NCBI RefSeq assembly: GCF_002310835.1
Contig: NZ_CP011041.1
Coordinates: 1,020,001 to 1,052,000 of the forward strand
Source of the DNA: Pseudoalteromonas tetraodonis
Lineage (GTDB): Bacteria; Pseudomonadota; Gammaproteobacteria; Enterobacterales; Alteromonadaceae
Direction: 5' to 3'
Length of the DNA: 32,000 nucleotides
The notes under the pieces were generated by a model. It saw only the letters and a list, made by a program, of their open reading frames with translations. It did not search any database and had not been told where the DNA came from. Position numbers and translations under genes: made by a program. Positions 1-8,726 of this stretch are shown piece after piece (position 1 is the first letter of the stretch; each line of letters begins with the position of its first letter).

Positions 1-21
1 TGCAGATTTTTTAATCGTCAT
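1..21 (-). CDS. 5' end (7 codons, MTIKKSA...) of a gene that continues past the left edge of the window; product unknown
   Basis: Minus-strand ATG at 19-21, preceded by AAGGAG (28-33 in minus sense) with a 6-nt spacer. Only 21 nt lie in the window, so coding status cannot be tested further. Confidence 0.35.
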
Positions 22-67
22 TATGTTCTCCTTGTTGAGGGTGTAGGCTTTTTAGGTTAATTAGTCA

Positions 68-109
68 TACCGTGTAGTGTTTGCAATACCTTGTAAACAC
101 TACATGGTA
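68..109. repeat. Imperfect inverted repeat forming a 19-bp-stem hairpin with loop TACC, in an intergenic region
   Basis: Arm 68-86 (TACCGTGTAGTGTTTGCAA) pairs with arm 91-109 (TTGTAAACACTACATGGTA). 17 pairs are Watson-Crick and two are G-T (72/105 and 83/94). No U-run follows on either strand. Confidence 0.6.
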
Positions 110-213
110 AAACAGCTAAAAAGCGTTATTTACATAGATAGTTGCAAAATAGAAGCCAAATAATTTAATAAACAAGGTCCACGTTATGTTTGGGATTATT
201 TATTATCCCGAAT

Positions 214-1371
214 TTAGGTTATATCAGCTATTTGCAGGTGATAAGGCGGGGCGCTTTCACGGTTTTGAAACGCTAAAATAGCGTTGTTTTTAATTATTCC
301 GTGTTCAATATTGATAGCGCGGCGAATGGTTTCGTCTTTTTGCCATTGCTCTGGGCCGGCTAAAACAGTTGGCAAGTATACAATGAGCGCGGCAGAAATA
401 GAGCGCGTTGCACTTTCCCATAAGTAGCTAGGGGTATGATCAACCGCGTAATAATCCGTGGTTTTATAGCTAAACATTGGGTGTTTAAATGTTGTTGGCT
501 TTGCAAAAAAGAATCCCATTCCTTCATCACAGCTTACATCTATTATAAGGCTATTGGGTTTTAAGCAATCGGCTTCAGATTCAATCAAAAAATTGACGGG
601 GTTTGCGGTTTCTTGGTAGGTGCCATTAACAATAATGTCAGCTTCGCTAATAAGCTCAGTAAGCGGACGCTGCGACCCATCGTGCTCAACCACTATCATA
701 CGAGCTTCGCCTTCAGTGCCTGGGCGTACTTTAACATAATGACAATCAAGTACTTCTTCACGCACTTCATGATCGGGGCGCTGTATACAAATTGTAATAT
801 CTCTAAAACCATGAGCTTTTAATGCATAAATAGCGCCTCGGCTAACAGCGCCAAAACTAAAAATAATGGTTTTACGTTGATTACCGTAATGACCATCAAT
901 GCCTTTTAGTTGCAGAGCATGTAACACCGCACAATAACCAGCCATTTCATTGTTTTTATAAAAAGTATGACGGCCCACATTCCCCTGTGGTGACCATACA
1001 AACATGTCTTCAAAGGCAATAAGAGTAAGCTTTCTATCAAGGGCAGCTTGGGTAATTGCTTGTTGTTGTACGCAATGTACATAGCCCCAAATTGTGCCGC
1101 CTTCTTTAAGTTCTTGTAAATCAGCAAGCACTGGTTTGGCAATAATGACGGTGCCTAATTGGGTTAAAATATCACTGCGGGTGGCAATGCCGCCTGTCAG
1201 TGCTGCAATTTCTTCGTCGCTCATATTAAATGCCGCGCCATAACCTTGCTCAAAAATCATTTTTTTTCTGAGTTTTTCAGGTATACGCATTAAATGCGCA
1301 GGATGAATAGGGTAGCGTCTTTCATCTGTTTTACGTGATGTTCCAATTACGCCAATAGTTAATTCACTCAT
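214..1371 (-). CDS. Alanine dehydrogenase/PNT-family NAD(P)-dependent enzyme, similar to N5-(carboxyethyl)ornithine synthase or saccharopine dehydrogenase
   Basis: 385-aa ORF with ATG at 1369-1371 and an AAGGAT Shine-Dalgarno-like site upstream. A Rossmann-type segment IIFSFGAVSRGAIYALKAHG is present. Overall resemblance to the Ceo/AlaDH-PNT family is recalled from memory. Confidence 0.65.
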   Translation of the reverse strand: MSELTIGVIGTSRKTDERRYPIHPAHLMRIPEKLRKKMIFEQGYGAAFNMSDEEIAALTGGIATRSDILTQLGTVIIAKPVLADLQELKEGGTIWGYVHCVQQQAITQAALDRKLTLIAFEDMFVWSPQGNVGRHTFYKNNEMAGYCAVLHALQLKGIDGHYGNQRKTIIFSFGAVSRGAIYALKAHGFRDITICIQRPDHEVREEVLDCHYVKVRPGTEGEARMIVVEHDGSQRPLTELISEADIIVNGTYQETANPVNFLIESEADCLKPNSLIIDVSCDEGMGFFFAKPTTFKHPMFSYKTTDYYAVDHTPSYLWESATRSISAALIVYLPTVLAGPEQWQKDETIRRAINIEHGIIKNNAILAFQNRESAPPYHLQIADIT

Positions 1372-1656
1372 GCTATATCCTTGATTAAAGTATGCTGAGT
1401 TTATAAACGAATAATGCTACATCGCTAACAAACAAAGAGGGGTTTTACAGGCAAGCTCACGCCATGGCTGTAAAATAAGGCTTGGTAAAGGGTGTTCTTT
1501 TAATTAGCTGTGCTAGGTGTAATGAATGTTGAGCAGGCAGAGGGTAGAGTGTTAACTTGCATTGAATAACAAGTTGAAACGTTAACCACTATAACAGCTA
1601 TGTAAGATATAAAGTGAGATTAAAGCGAATATGCGTGTATTGGTTTTTATAAGCGG

Positions 1657-1791
1657 CTATTTGCTGCGTTTGCACCGCTCTGAGCAATAAATAACGTTAT
1701 CCCAATCTCGTTGCCACTTTTTACGCCACGCAAACGGCTTATTGCATACTGGGCAAATTTTTTGCGGTAAGTTAAGTTTTTTGTGCGCCAT
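1657..1791 (-). CDS. DUF2256-like small Cys4 (zinc-ribbon-like) protein, 44 aa; not in the supplied ORF track
   Basis: My translation of the minus strand is [44 protein letters not shown]. It has CxxC (C13, C16) and CxxxC (C36, C40) plus the WRKKW...YCSERC signature I associate with DUF2256. The ATG at 1789-1791 lies 2 nt after the photolyase stop codon (1794-1796). Confidence 0.7.
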   Translation of the reverse strand: MAHKKLNLPQKICPVCNKPFAWRKKWQRDWDNVIYCSERCKRSK

Positions 1792-1793
1792 AA

Positions 1794-3323
1794 TTAGGTG
1801 TTCTCTTTATTGCTGTTACTGCGAGTTTTGCGTTTTACACGGGTGATTTTTTGAGTCGGAGCTACGTGTTTTTTAAGAATTTTACCTATGGCGCGTTTTA
1901 CATCGGGCCGCTCTCGGTATTGCCATAGCCGTTCGCGGGCTTCTTTTGAGGCGGTGGTTAAATCAAGCATCGGCTCAGGGTAGTCTTCACCTAGTTTAAA
2001 GTCGTTAAATAGCGCTTCCATGGGCGTTTGCTCCCAAGGTTGATGTAAATATTCAATGGGGAGCTTTTCAAGTTCAGGGCACCATTTTTTTATAAACGCA
2101 CCGGTTGGGTCTTGATCCTCCGATTGCTTTATTGGGTTGTAATGACGAATGGTATTAATACCGGTGACAGAGGCTTGCATTTGAATTTGTGGGTAATGAA
2201 TTCCCGGTTCAAAGTCTAAAAAGTAATTAGCCAGCGGAAAACTTGCCTGTTGCCAGCTGATGTTTAAATGATGCGTTACAAAGCTAACTAGCATAGCGCG
2301 CATTCTAAAATTAATATAACCGGTGGCTTTTAAACAGCGCATGCAGGCATCAATAATAGGAATACCAGTTTGCCCCTGTGCCCAGCGTTCAATATCGCTA
2401 GTAACCTGGGCGTCATCACGATACGGAAATGCATGGTAACCCGGATTTAGCGCTTTAAATTCCATGGTGCATTCGCTTTCAAACTTTTGCATAAAATGGC
2501 AATGCCAATGCAAGCGTGATACAAACGCGGCAAGTGGGCGCTTCCACCCTTTTTTATCAGCAGAAGTGCTATGGTATGCGTCAATCGCCATTTGATACAC
2601 TTGCCTCAGGCTGATATTTCCCCACGCTAAATAGGGCGATAACCTAGAGCAATGCGTACGGCTTAAGCTTGGGCTGGATATTCCTTTTTGATAACCCTTA
2701 CCGCGTTCAGCAAAAAAGCTTTGCATTACTTCACGGGCAAGTCGAGGGCCCCCGTGCTGAAAATGTTCATTATCTTGCGTGTAGGCGCTCGGCAGTATAG
2801 GTGTTTGATAATCAGTAAGAGTAAGTGGTTTTATTTGCTTCCAATTAGGTATAGCAATAGGTGCTTGCATGGTTTGTTGCCAGCGCTCGTTCCAATTACT
2901 GCGATTTCTTTTGCCACGTATCACAGCCCCGGTTGGCGACTCTAACCAGTTAATGTGATGGTGTTGGCACCAGGCTTTAATTGCTATGTCACGCTCAAAG
3001 GTATTGTTTAGCCCTATTTCTTGGTGGCTAAAGAGGTTTGTGATTTCAAACTGCGAGTGAAGCGATTCAAGTAGGGTTTGCATATCTTCATTAAATATAT
3101 ATACGCGGCTGTTAAAGCGAGCCAACTGAGTGTTTAAGTCGCAAATAGATTGATATACAAAGCGCCAATGCCGCTCGTTGTAATGCGCATCGTCAAGTAG
3201 TAAAGGTTCGAAATTATAAATTAAGAGGGTAGGCAGGCCGTTACTAAACGCATTTTTTAAAGGCTGATGATCGCTTAGGCGTAAGTCACGTTTAAACCAG
3301 ACTATGTTTATTTTTATGCGCAT
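1794..3323 (-). CDS. Cryptochrome/photolyase-family (CPF) flavoprotein; subclass not assignable by eye
   Basis: 509-aa ORF. The N-terminus [16 protein letters not shown] is typical of the photolyase alpha/beta domain. The C-terminal FAD-binding-domain blocks include [30 protein letters not shown] and [18 protein letters not shown]. It ends in a basic K/R-rich tail. Confidence 0.9.
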   Translation of the reverse strand: MRIKINIVWFKRDLRLSDHQPLKNAFSNGLPTLLIYNFEPLLLDDAHYNERHWRFVYQSICDLNTQLARFNSRVYIFNEDMQTLLESLHSQFEITNLFSHQEIGLNNTFERDIAIKAWCQHHHINWLESPTGAVIRGKRNRSNWNERWQQTMQAPIAIPNWKQIKPLTLTDYQTPILPSAYTQDNEHFQHGGPRLAREVMQSFFAERGKGYQKGISSPSLSRTHCSRLSPYLAWGNISLRQVYQMAIDAYHSTSADKKGWKRPLAAFVSRLHWHCHFMQKFESECTMEFKALNPGYHAFPYRDDAQVTSDIERWAQGQTGIPIIDACMRCLKATGYINFRMRAMLVSFVTHHLNISWQQASFPLANYFLDFEPGIHYPQIQMQASVTGINTIRHYNPIKQSEDQDPTGAFIKKWCPELEKLPIEYLHQPWEQTPMEALFNDFKLGEDYPEPMLDLTTASKEARERLWQYRERPDVKRAIGKILKKHVAPTQKITRVKRKTRSNSNKENT

Positions 3324-3425
3324 GGATTCAATGTATTATTTAAAAATGCTATGAAGTAATTATTTAACTTGTACGCAGCGTAGCGATTTTCCGATTTAGT
3401 TTTTTAAGATTAAAAGTGAGAAACC

Positions 3426-4034
3426 ATGTTTTTAGATTTAACCGATAATAGCAACCACTCTGTTTATAGCTACTTAGTAGGCGGTATAAGCCCAAGACCG
3501 ATTGCGTGGGTAAGCACGTTAAGTGAAGAGGGGGTTGCTAATATTGCGCCTTATTCGTTTTTTACTGTTGCTAGTTGTAACCCGCCGGTTTTAAGCGTAA
3601 CGCAGGTAAACCCTCGCGATAATGCAAATAAAGATACGTTAAATAATTTACTCGCTACCAAAGAGTGCGTAGTTAATATTGTTAGCCATTCGCTTGTTGA
3701 ACAAATGAACCAAAGCTGCGCTAACTATCCACGTGACGTGAGTGAGTTTGATGCTGCAAATATACAGCGTACCCCCAGCCAATTAGTCAGTGTGCCAAGT
3801 GCTGCTGCGTCAAAAGTGCGCTATGAATGTAAGTTGCGAGAGGTGATTACTATTTCAGATGAGCCAAGCGGTGGGCAAATGATGCTGTTAGATGTAGTGG
3901 GTATTTTTCTCGACGACACCGTTTTAGTGAACGGATATATTGATCCAACGCGTTTAGATGCGGTGGGTAAAATGGGCGGCGATTATTTTAGTACCACGAA
4001 AGACAAATTTGCACTAAAGCGCCCACAGTTATAA
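3426..4034 (+). CDS. Flavin reductase-like (FMN-binding split-barrel) family protein
   Basis: 202-aa ORF divergent from the CPF gene. The motif ISPRPIAWVSTLSEEGVANIAPYSFF is typical of the flavin reductase-like domain. Confidence 0.85.
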   Translation: MFLDLTDNSNHSVYSYLVGGISPRPIAWVSTLSEEGVANIAPYSFFTVASCNPPVLSVTQVNPRDNANKDTLNNLLATKECVVNIVSHSLVEQMNQSCANYPRDVSEFDAANIQRTPSQLVSVPSAAASKVRYECKLREVITISDEPSGGQMMLLDVVGIFLDDTVLVNGYIDPTRLDAVGKMGGDYFSTTKDKFALKRPQL

Positions 4035-4052
4035 AGCAATGTTGGTAACCTA

Positions 4053-5354
4053 TTATTCGGTTTGTGGTAAAAAGAATGCACTTATAGCACCTAAAAAACC
4101 AAGGGTGCTGTAAAGTAAAATTAGCTCAGCGGTTGATAAAAAAGCCTCGAGTAAACCTATACTACCCAGAAGTAGTAATAACACCCCAATTACCGTGTTA
4201 CTTACCGATACATAATCGGTGCGTTTATTGCCCTCAGCCATATCAACAAGGTAAGTTTTTCGCCCTAAACGCACGCCTTGGTGTGCAACTGAGAGTAAAA
4301 AATACAATATAGGCATAACCCACCAATTTAGCAGTAGTGCGCTATACCAAGTGGCAATAACAAATACGGCTAAGCCATTAAATGTGACTAATATAGCGCT
4401 AAGCACTAAAACACGCTGGCTAGATAAATCACTGAGCCTGCCCCAAATAGGCGCCGAGACTAAACTAGCAAAGCCAGAAACGGCAATAAAAGTGGCAAGC
4501 AGAGAAAATTCAAAAGACTGTTTACTGGCTAAAACTATATAAAAAGGGGCACTTAGAGCTGAGCATAAAAGTAGCGCACGGGTAACAACAAAATGGGCAA
4601 ATTGTTTATCTTTATAAAGCAGCTTAAGTTTAGAAAACGCATGCAGCAAGCCATTTTCACCGCCATCGGTTGCCCCTTTATATTCATTTATTTGGCTGTA
4701 AAAAAAAGCCGCGATCACCCACATTATTGCACCGAGTGCTAAGGCTATAATGACGGTGTTTTGATCTTTTTGTTGTGAAAAAAACCACATGAGCAAGCCA
4801 AACGTTAAGGTGGCAAAACCGGCAATACTGGCAGCTAAGCCACTAATATTACCGCGCTGTTGCTTAGGAATAACTTTTCCAAGCACATCTTTTGCGGCCA
4901 CCGAGTTAAACCCTCTAGCTAAGCTAAATAAAATTAATAAACCAATAATGGCGTAACCCGCAAGCTTGCCCTCAAGTGTAAACGCGACACCAACCATAGC
5001 CAAAATACATAAAGACTGCACAATAGCGCCAATAACCCACACCCATTTACGAATAGGCAATTGGCGGATAAAGCCAGCAATAGCTAACTGTGGCAGCAGT
5101 GAACCCGACTCTCTAATAGGTACTAGCCAAGCAATAAAACTCGCTGGCACGTTTAAGCTTTGCATTAACCACGGCAGCGTTATTTTGGGATTGAGTAGCG
5201 CATCAGCAAACTTACTAAACAGTTGGCTTAGCAGTAAAGTAATAAAATTACCGGGGACTTCTTGGCATGCGTTATCGTCAATGGCCTTACACGCGCGAGC
5301 ATCTTCTTCGTTATTTAAGCGTTTATAAATTTGCTCTTTTGTTAGTTTTTTCAC
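4053..5354 (-). CDS. MFS-type transporter; substrate unknown
   Basis: 433-aa ORF that is highly hydrophobic with about 12 predicted helices, and has a cytoplasmic N-terminal segment with paired Cys residues (ACKAIDDNAC). Confidence 0.8.
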   Translation of the reverse strand: MKKLTKEQIYKRLNNEEDARACKAIDDNACQEVPGNFITLLLSQLFSKFADALLNPKITLPWLMQSLNVPASFIAWLVPIRESGSLLPQLAIAGFIRQLPIRKWVWVIGAIVQSLCILAMVGVAFTLEGKLAGYAIIGLLILFSLARGFNSVAAKDVLGKVIPKQQRGNISGLAASIAGFATLTFGLLMWFFSQQKDQNTVIIALALGAIMWVIAAFFYSQINEYKGATDGGENGLLHAFSKLKLLYKDKQFAHFVVTRALLLCSALSAPFYIVLASKQSFEFSLLATFIAVSGFASLVSAPIWGRLSDLSSQRVLVLSAILVTFNGLAVFVIATWYSALLLNWWVMPILYFLLSVAHQGVRLGRKTYLVDMAEGNKRTDYVSVSNTVIGVLLLLLGSIGLLEAFLSTAELILLYSTLGFLGAISAFFLPQTE

Positions 5355-5421
5355 TCTATTTTACCGCTGTATAAGTACAAATATTTATATATATTAAGAT
5401 GATATGGTTAACATATCTACT

Positions 5422-8400
5422 TTACTCATTGTTTTTAAGCTCATATGGCAACCACTTTAGAAGTTTTTTAAATAATATGTCTTGCGCAATGGGCTTAGAA
5501 ATATAGTCGTTCATTCCAACCTGTAAGCACTTAGCTTTATCGCCCACCATAGCGTTTGCTGTCATAGCAATAATAGTAATTGGGGGATTTTTACTTCCAG
5601 CTTCATTTACTCTTATATGGGTTGTGGCTTGGTAACCATCCATCACTGGCATTTGGCAATCCATTAAAATGAGTGAGTACGGGTTATGGGAAGTTGTTTG
5701 TTTTAAATATTCGAGCGCGTGCTGGCCATTTTCTGCAATATCAATGCTATTAATTCCTATTTTTTTAAGCGTGGTAGAGGCGACGATTTGATTAATGTTG
5801 TTATCTTCAACCAGTAAAATACGAATGTTTTTGTCCCACACAATATCATCGCTCGACAAAGGCTGAGTGTCAGATAAATCCTCAGTAATGAGGCTGCTAT
5901 TACTATGCTGTTTATCGCTAAAGCAGGTCGATAGCATCTTAAAAAGATTTTGTGTGATTATGGGCTTTGTAACAATGGCTGAAAACCGAGACGCTTGATA
6001 TAAATCGCGCTGTTTATTTAGCTCACCCGTGGTCATTAAAACAACATGCGCAGCCATAAGATCTACTTCTTTATCAAGGGTTTTACTTAAGGTTAAAGCA
6101 TCGCCGTCACTTAGCTGCATATCAATCATAATTAAATCAAAACAAAGGTTTTGTTTTTCGATATATTGCTGACATATTTGCACAGCCTGCTTTGCGGATG
6201 GGCTGATTACGGCTGTTGCTCCCCATTTAGTAAACTGCTTGTGTAAGATAGAAGATTGAGTTTGATTGCTGCACACAATTAAAATATTTAACGATGACAT
6301 ATCTACAGGGGGTAATACTTTTTGTGGGTTTTTACTGCGTTTTAGAACAACATTAAAGCTAAAGTTACTGCCCTTATTTTCTTTAGATTGTACCTGTATA
6401 TCACCTTCCATTAGGTGGCATAACTTTTTAACAATCGCTAAGCCCAAGCCCGTGCCTCCATATTTTCGTGTTGTTGAAGAGTCAACTTGAGAGAATGATT
6501 TAAATAGCTTGGCTTGTTGGGCTGCAGAAATACCAATCCCAGAGTCTATTACTTGGCAGTTAAAACGCATTTGATTATTGTTAATCGGTGTGAGTTTAGC
6601 AATAACTTGCACTTCACCTTTATGAGTAAATTTAAGCGCATTATTTACTAAGTTTGTTAAAATTTGTTTGAGGCGTCCGGCGTCACCAATGACAAAAGCG
6701 TATTCAAGGTGCTTATATCTAGCATTAACGGAATATTTTTACTGTGGGCATGAATTGCTATTGTTTCGATAAAATCGTCGAGCATGTTACAAAGGTTAAA
6801 CTCTAACTCCTCAAGCTCAAGCTTACCGGCATCCACTTTTGAAAAGTCTAAAATATCGTTAATAATATTTAATAAGGAGTTTGCACTATTGAGTGCAATG
6901 CTTACCTGATGGTGTTGTTTTTCATTTAATGAGCTATCTAAAATCAAATTAAGCATGCCTAATACGCCATTCATAGGCGTGCGAATTTCATGACTCATTG
7001 CTGCTAAAAACTCGCTTTTGGCAATGTTAGCCTGTTCAGCCGCCGCTTTTGCTTCAATTAATAATTGATTCGCTGCTTTTTGCTCAGTGATATCTTGCTG
7101 AATTCCCACGTAAGCTGTGAGTTGTTGCTGCTCGTTAAAAACAGGCGAGATTTGTAGGCTATTCCAAAATTCCGTGCCATCTTTTTTATAATTTAGTATT
7201 TCTATACGTTGAGTTTTTAATGTTTTTATTGCATTAGTAATAATATCTATTGCGTTCTTATCGGTGTTTGGCCCTTGAAGTAAGCTGCAATTTATTCCTA
7301 GCATTTCCTCTTTACTATAGCCTGTTATTTTTTCAAATTCAGAGTTTAAAAAGACTAAAGGAAAGCCTTGCACACTCGCATCGGCTATAGAAATACCCAC
7401 ATTACACGATTCGATTGCCTGCGCTAATAAATCATTTTGCTCTTTTGCTTGTTTTAATGCTTTTTGAGAACGTTTTTGCTCAGTAATGTCAGTTACAGAG
7501 CCTGCCATTCTAATTGCTTTATTATGCTCATTGCGCAGTGCCATCCCTTTTACTGTAAAATAACGATAAGCGCCTGATTTAGTCTTTAATCTATAATCGT
7601 AATTAAAGGGAATGTTGCTAATTAAGTGATTTGCTATTTGCTTTTTATGCTTGGTTATATCATCAGGGTGAAGTAACTTATAAAGTGCATCAGCACAGTG
7701 AGGCAAAGCGTTTTTATCGTTTTCGTCGTAGCCAAGCAATACGCTAATACGGGGAGAAAAATATACTTCATTTGTAACAATATCCCAATCCCAAATACCA
7801 TCATTACTGCCCTTAACCGCCAGTTCGTAACGCGCTTCACTTTGCTTTATAGCTTCTCTTGAGGATTCTAAAAGCTTAAACGGGTTTAGTAGTAAGTGCC
7901 GACCAAATACAAACAGGAATAACGACGATAAAGCCATACTTACAATAATTGATATAGCAATATCGATTATGAAGCGAGTAGTTTTAGCAGCAATTAAATT
8001 GGCAGTAATGTAGTAGTTTAATGTTATATCTGTATTGCCAATGAGGTTTTGGTTAATACTGACATACTCGTCACCTTGATTTAAATTAGAATAATAAACC
8101 CATGGGCCTGCTAAAGTCAGTCCATGGCTTTCACGGTCAAAGTCGGTCGGTAGTAACTGGGTCATTGGCGTATTAAATTGCACCATAAGCACGCCCTCAG
8201 TAAAGTTATTATATTTTATAGGCACCGCAATGGTGAATAGGTCGGTATTGGTTGGCTTATTTAATATCACCGCCTTTTCTGTTTGCTCTTCAAGTAAGCT
8301 ATTTATCCATGGTTGCTCAATTATACTCAGCTCGTTAAGCGAAGGGTCGTTACTAAAAACCACCTCTTTTAATACGTTTATAATCGTTATTTTTTCGGTG

Positions 8401-8726
8401 CTACCCATTATTTTATATTGAAAAAGGTAATCTTGGAGTAGCGCTTTTGAGGTGTCTGACCCCATTATGGCGTTAGATAAAATAGGTTGACGAGCAAGGT
8501 CATTAAGAATTTGTGTTCTTGTTTCTAAAAATAGTGTGAGGTAGCTGGTGGTGAGTTTAGATTCAATCTCAAGACTTTTACTTTGCAAATCATAGATAGC
8601 TGTATTTGCGCGATGACCAACAAACAGTAAAGAAATAGTCACTGATAATATTAAGCTCAATGCTAAAAAAGTATAAAAAGCATTATTTGTTGAGAGCTTA
8701 AATTTTTTATTTATTAATGCTCGCAT
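5422..8726 (-). pseudogene. Hybrid sensor histidine kinase split by a frameshift. Order of domains: TM, extracytoplasmic domain, TM, PAS, LOV, HisKA, (frameshift), HATPase_c, degenerate REC, REC
   Basis: ORF 6657..8726 ends just after the HisKA H-box (SHEIRTPMNGV, His codon 6990-6992). The N-box GDAGRLKQILTNLVNNALKFTHKGEV is readable in another frame that is open from 6738 and continues into ORF 5422..6612. That ORF carries the G1/G2 boxes (DSGIGI, GGTGLGLAI), a REC-like domain lacking the acidic pair, and a canonical REC (LLVEDNNINQ...LMDCQMPVMDG...KP). Confidence 0.85.
7085..7410 (-). other. LOV (light-oxygen-voltage) flavin-binding PAS domain inside the histidine kinase
   Basis: Motif blocks GINCSLLQGPNTD (Cys codon 7287-7289), NYKKDGTEFWN and VGIQQDITEQK. 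They are collinear with the YtvA/phototropin LOV blocks GxNCRFLQGxxTD, NYxKxGxxFWN and GIQxDIT, as I recall them. Confidence 0.75.

Noticed and set aside
73-104. TyrR-box-like strings (TGTAAA...) within the 68-109 inverted repeat
   Set aside because: The half-sites occur as TTTGCA-N6-TGTAAA, the inverse of the TyrR consensus TGTAAA-N6-TTTACA. The TGTAAA at 93-98 is not followed by TTTACA at the correct spacing.
613-1142. Track ORFs 613..822 (+) and 906..1142 (-) inside or overlapping the AlaDH/PNT-family gene
   Set aside because: They lie fully within a longer ORF that has recognisable family features, one of them antisense. Their composition is odd (rich in Ile, Phe, Asn, Lys and Leu), there is no Shine-Dalgarno site and I recognise no motif. 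They look like ordinary shadow ORFs of AT-rich DNA.
1443-1475. Hairpin TTTTACAG...CTGTAAAA downstream of the DUF2256/photolyase operon, considered as its terminator
   Set aside because: The stem is 8 bp with a 17-nt loop. On the minus strand it is followed by CCCCTCTTTG rather than a U-run, and it lies 180 nt from the stop codon. This is not convincing.
4966-5328. 120-aa plus-strand ORF antisense to the MFS transporter, and 4351..4542 likewise
   Set aside because: A Ser/Ala/Leu-rich translation is the typical mirror image of a hydrophobic membrane-protein gene. There is no start context and no motif. The same reasoning applies to the other short antisense ORFs in the track: 2688..2945, 6266..6490, 7655..7840, 8230..8421, 8790..8999, 12173..12379, 12817..13065, 13520..14013, 14770..15208, 18454..18765, 19274..19501, 20566..20778, 21280..21492, 22189..22371, 28503..28712, 29451..29882 and 31448..31630.
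6657-6738. The histidine-kinase frame change as programmed ribosomal frameshifting
   Set aside because: The two-frame overlap contains no slippery heptamer (X XXY YYZ), no poly-A/T slip site and no obvious downstream stimulatory structure. A simple 1-nt indel explains it.
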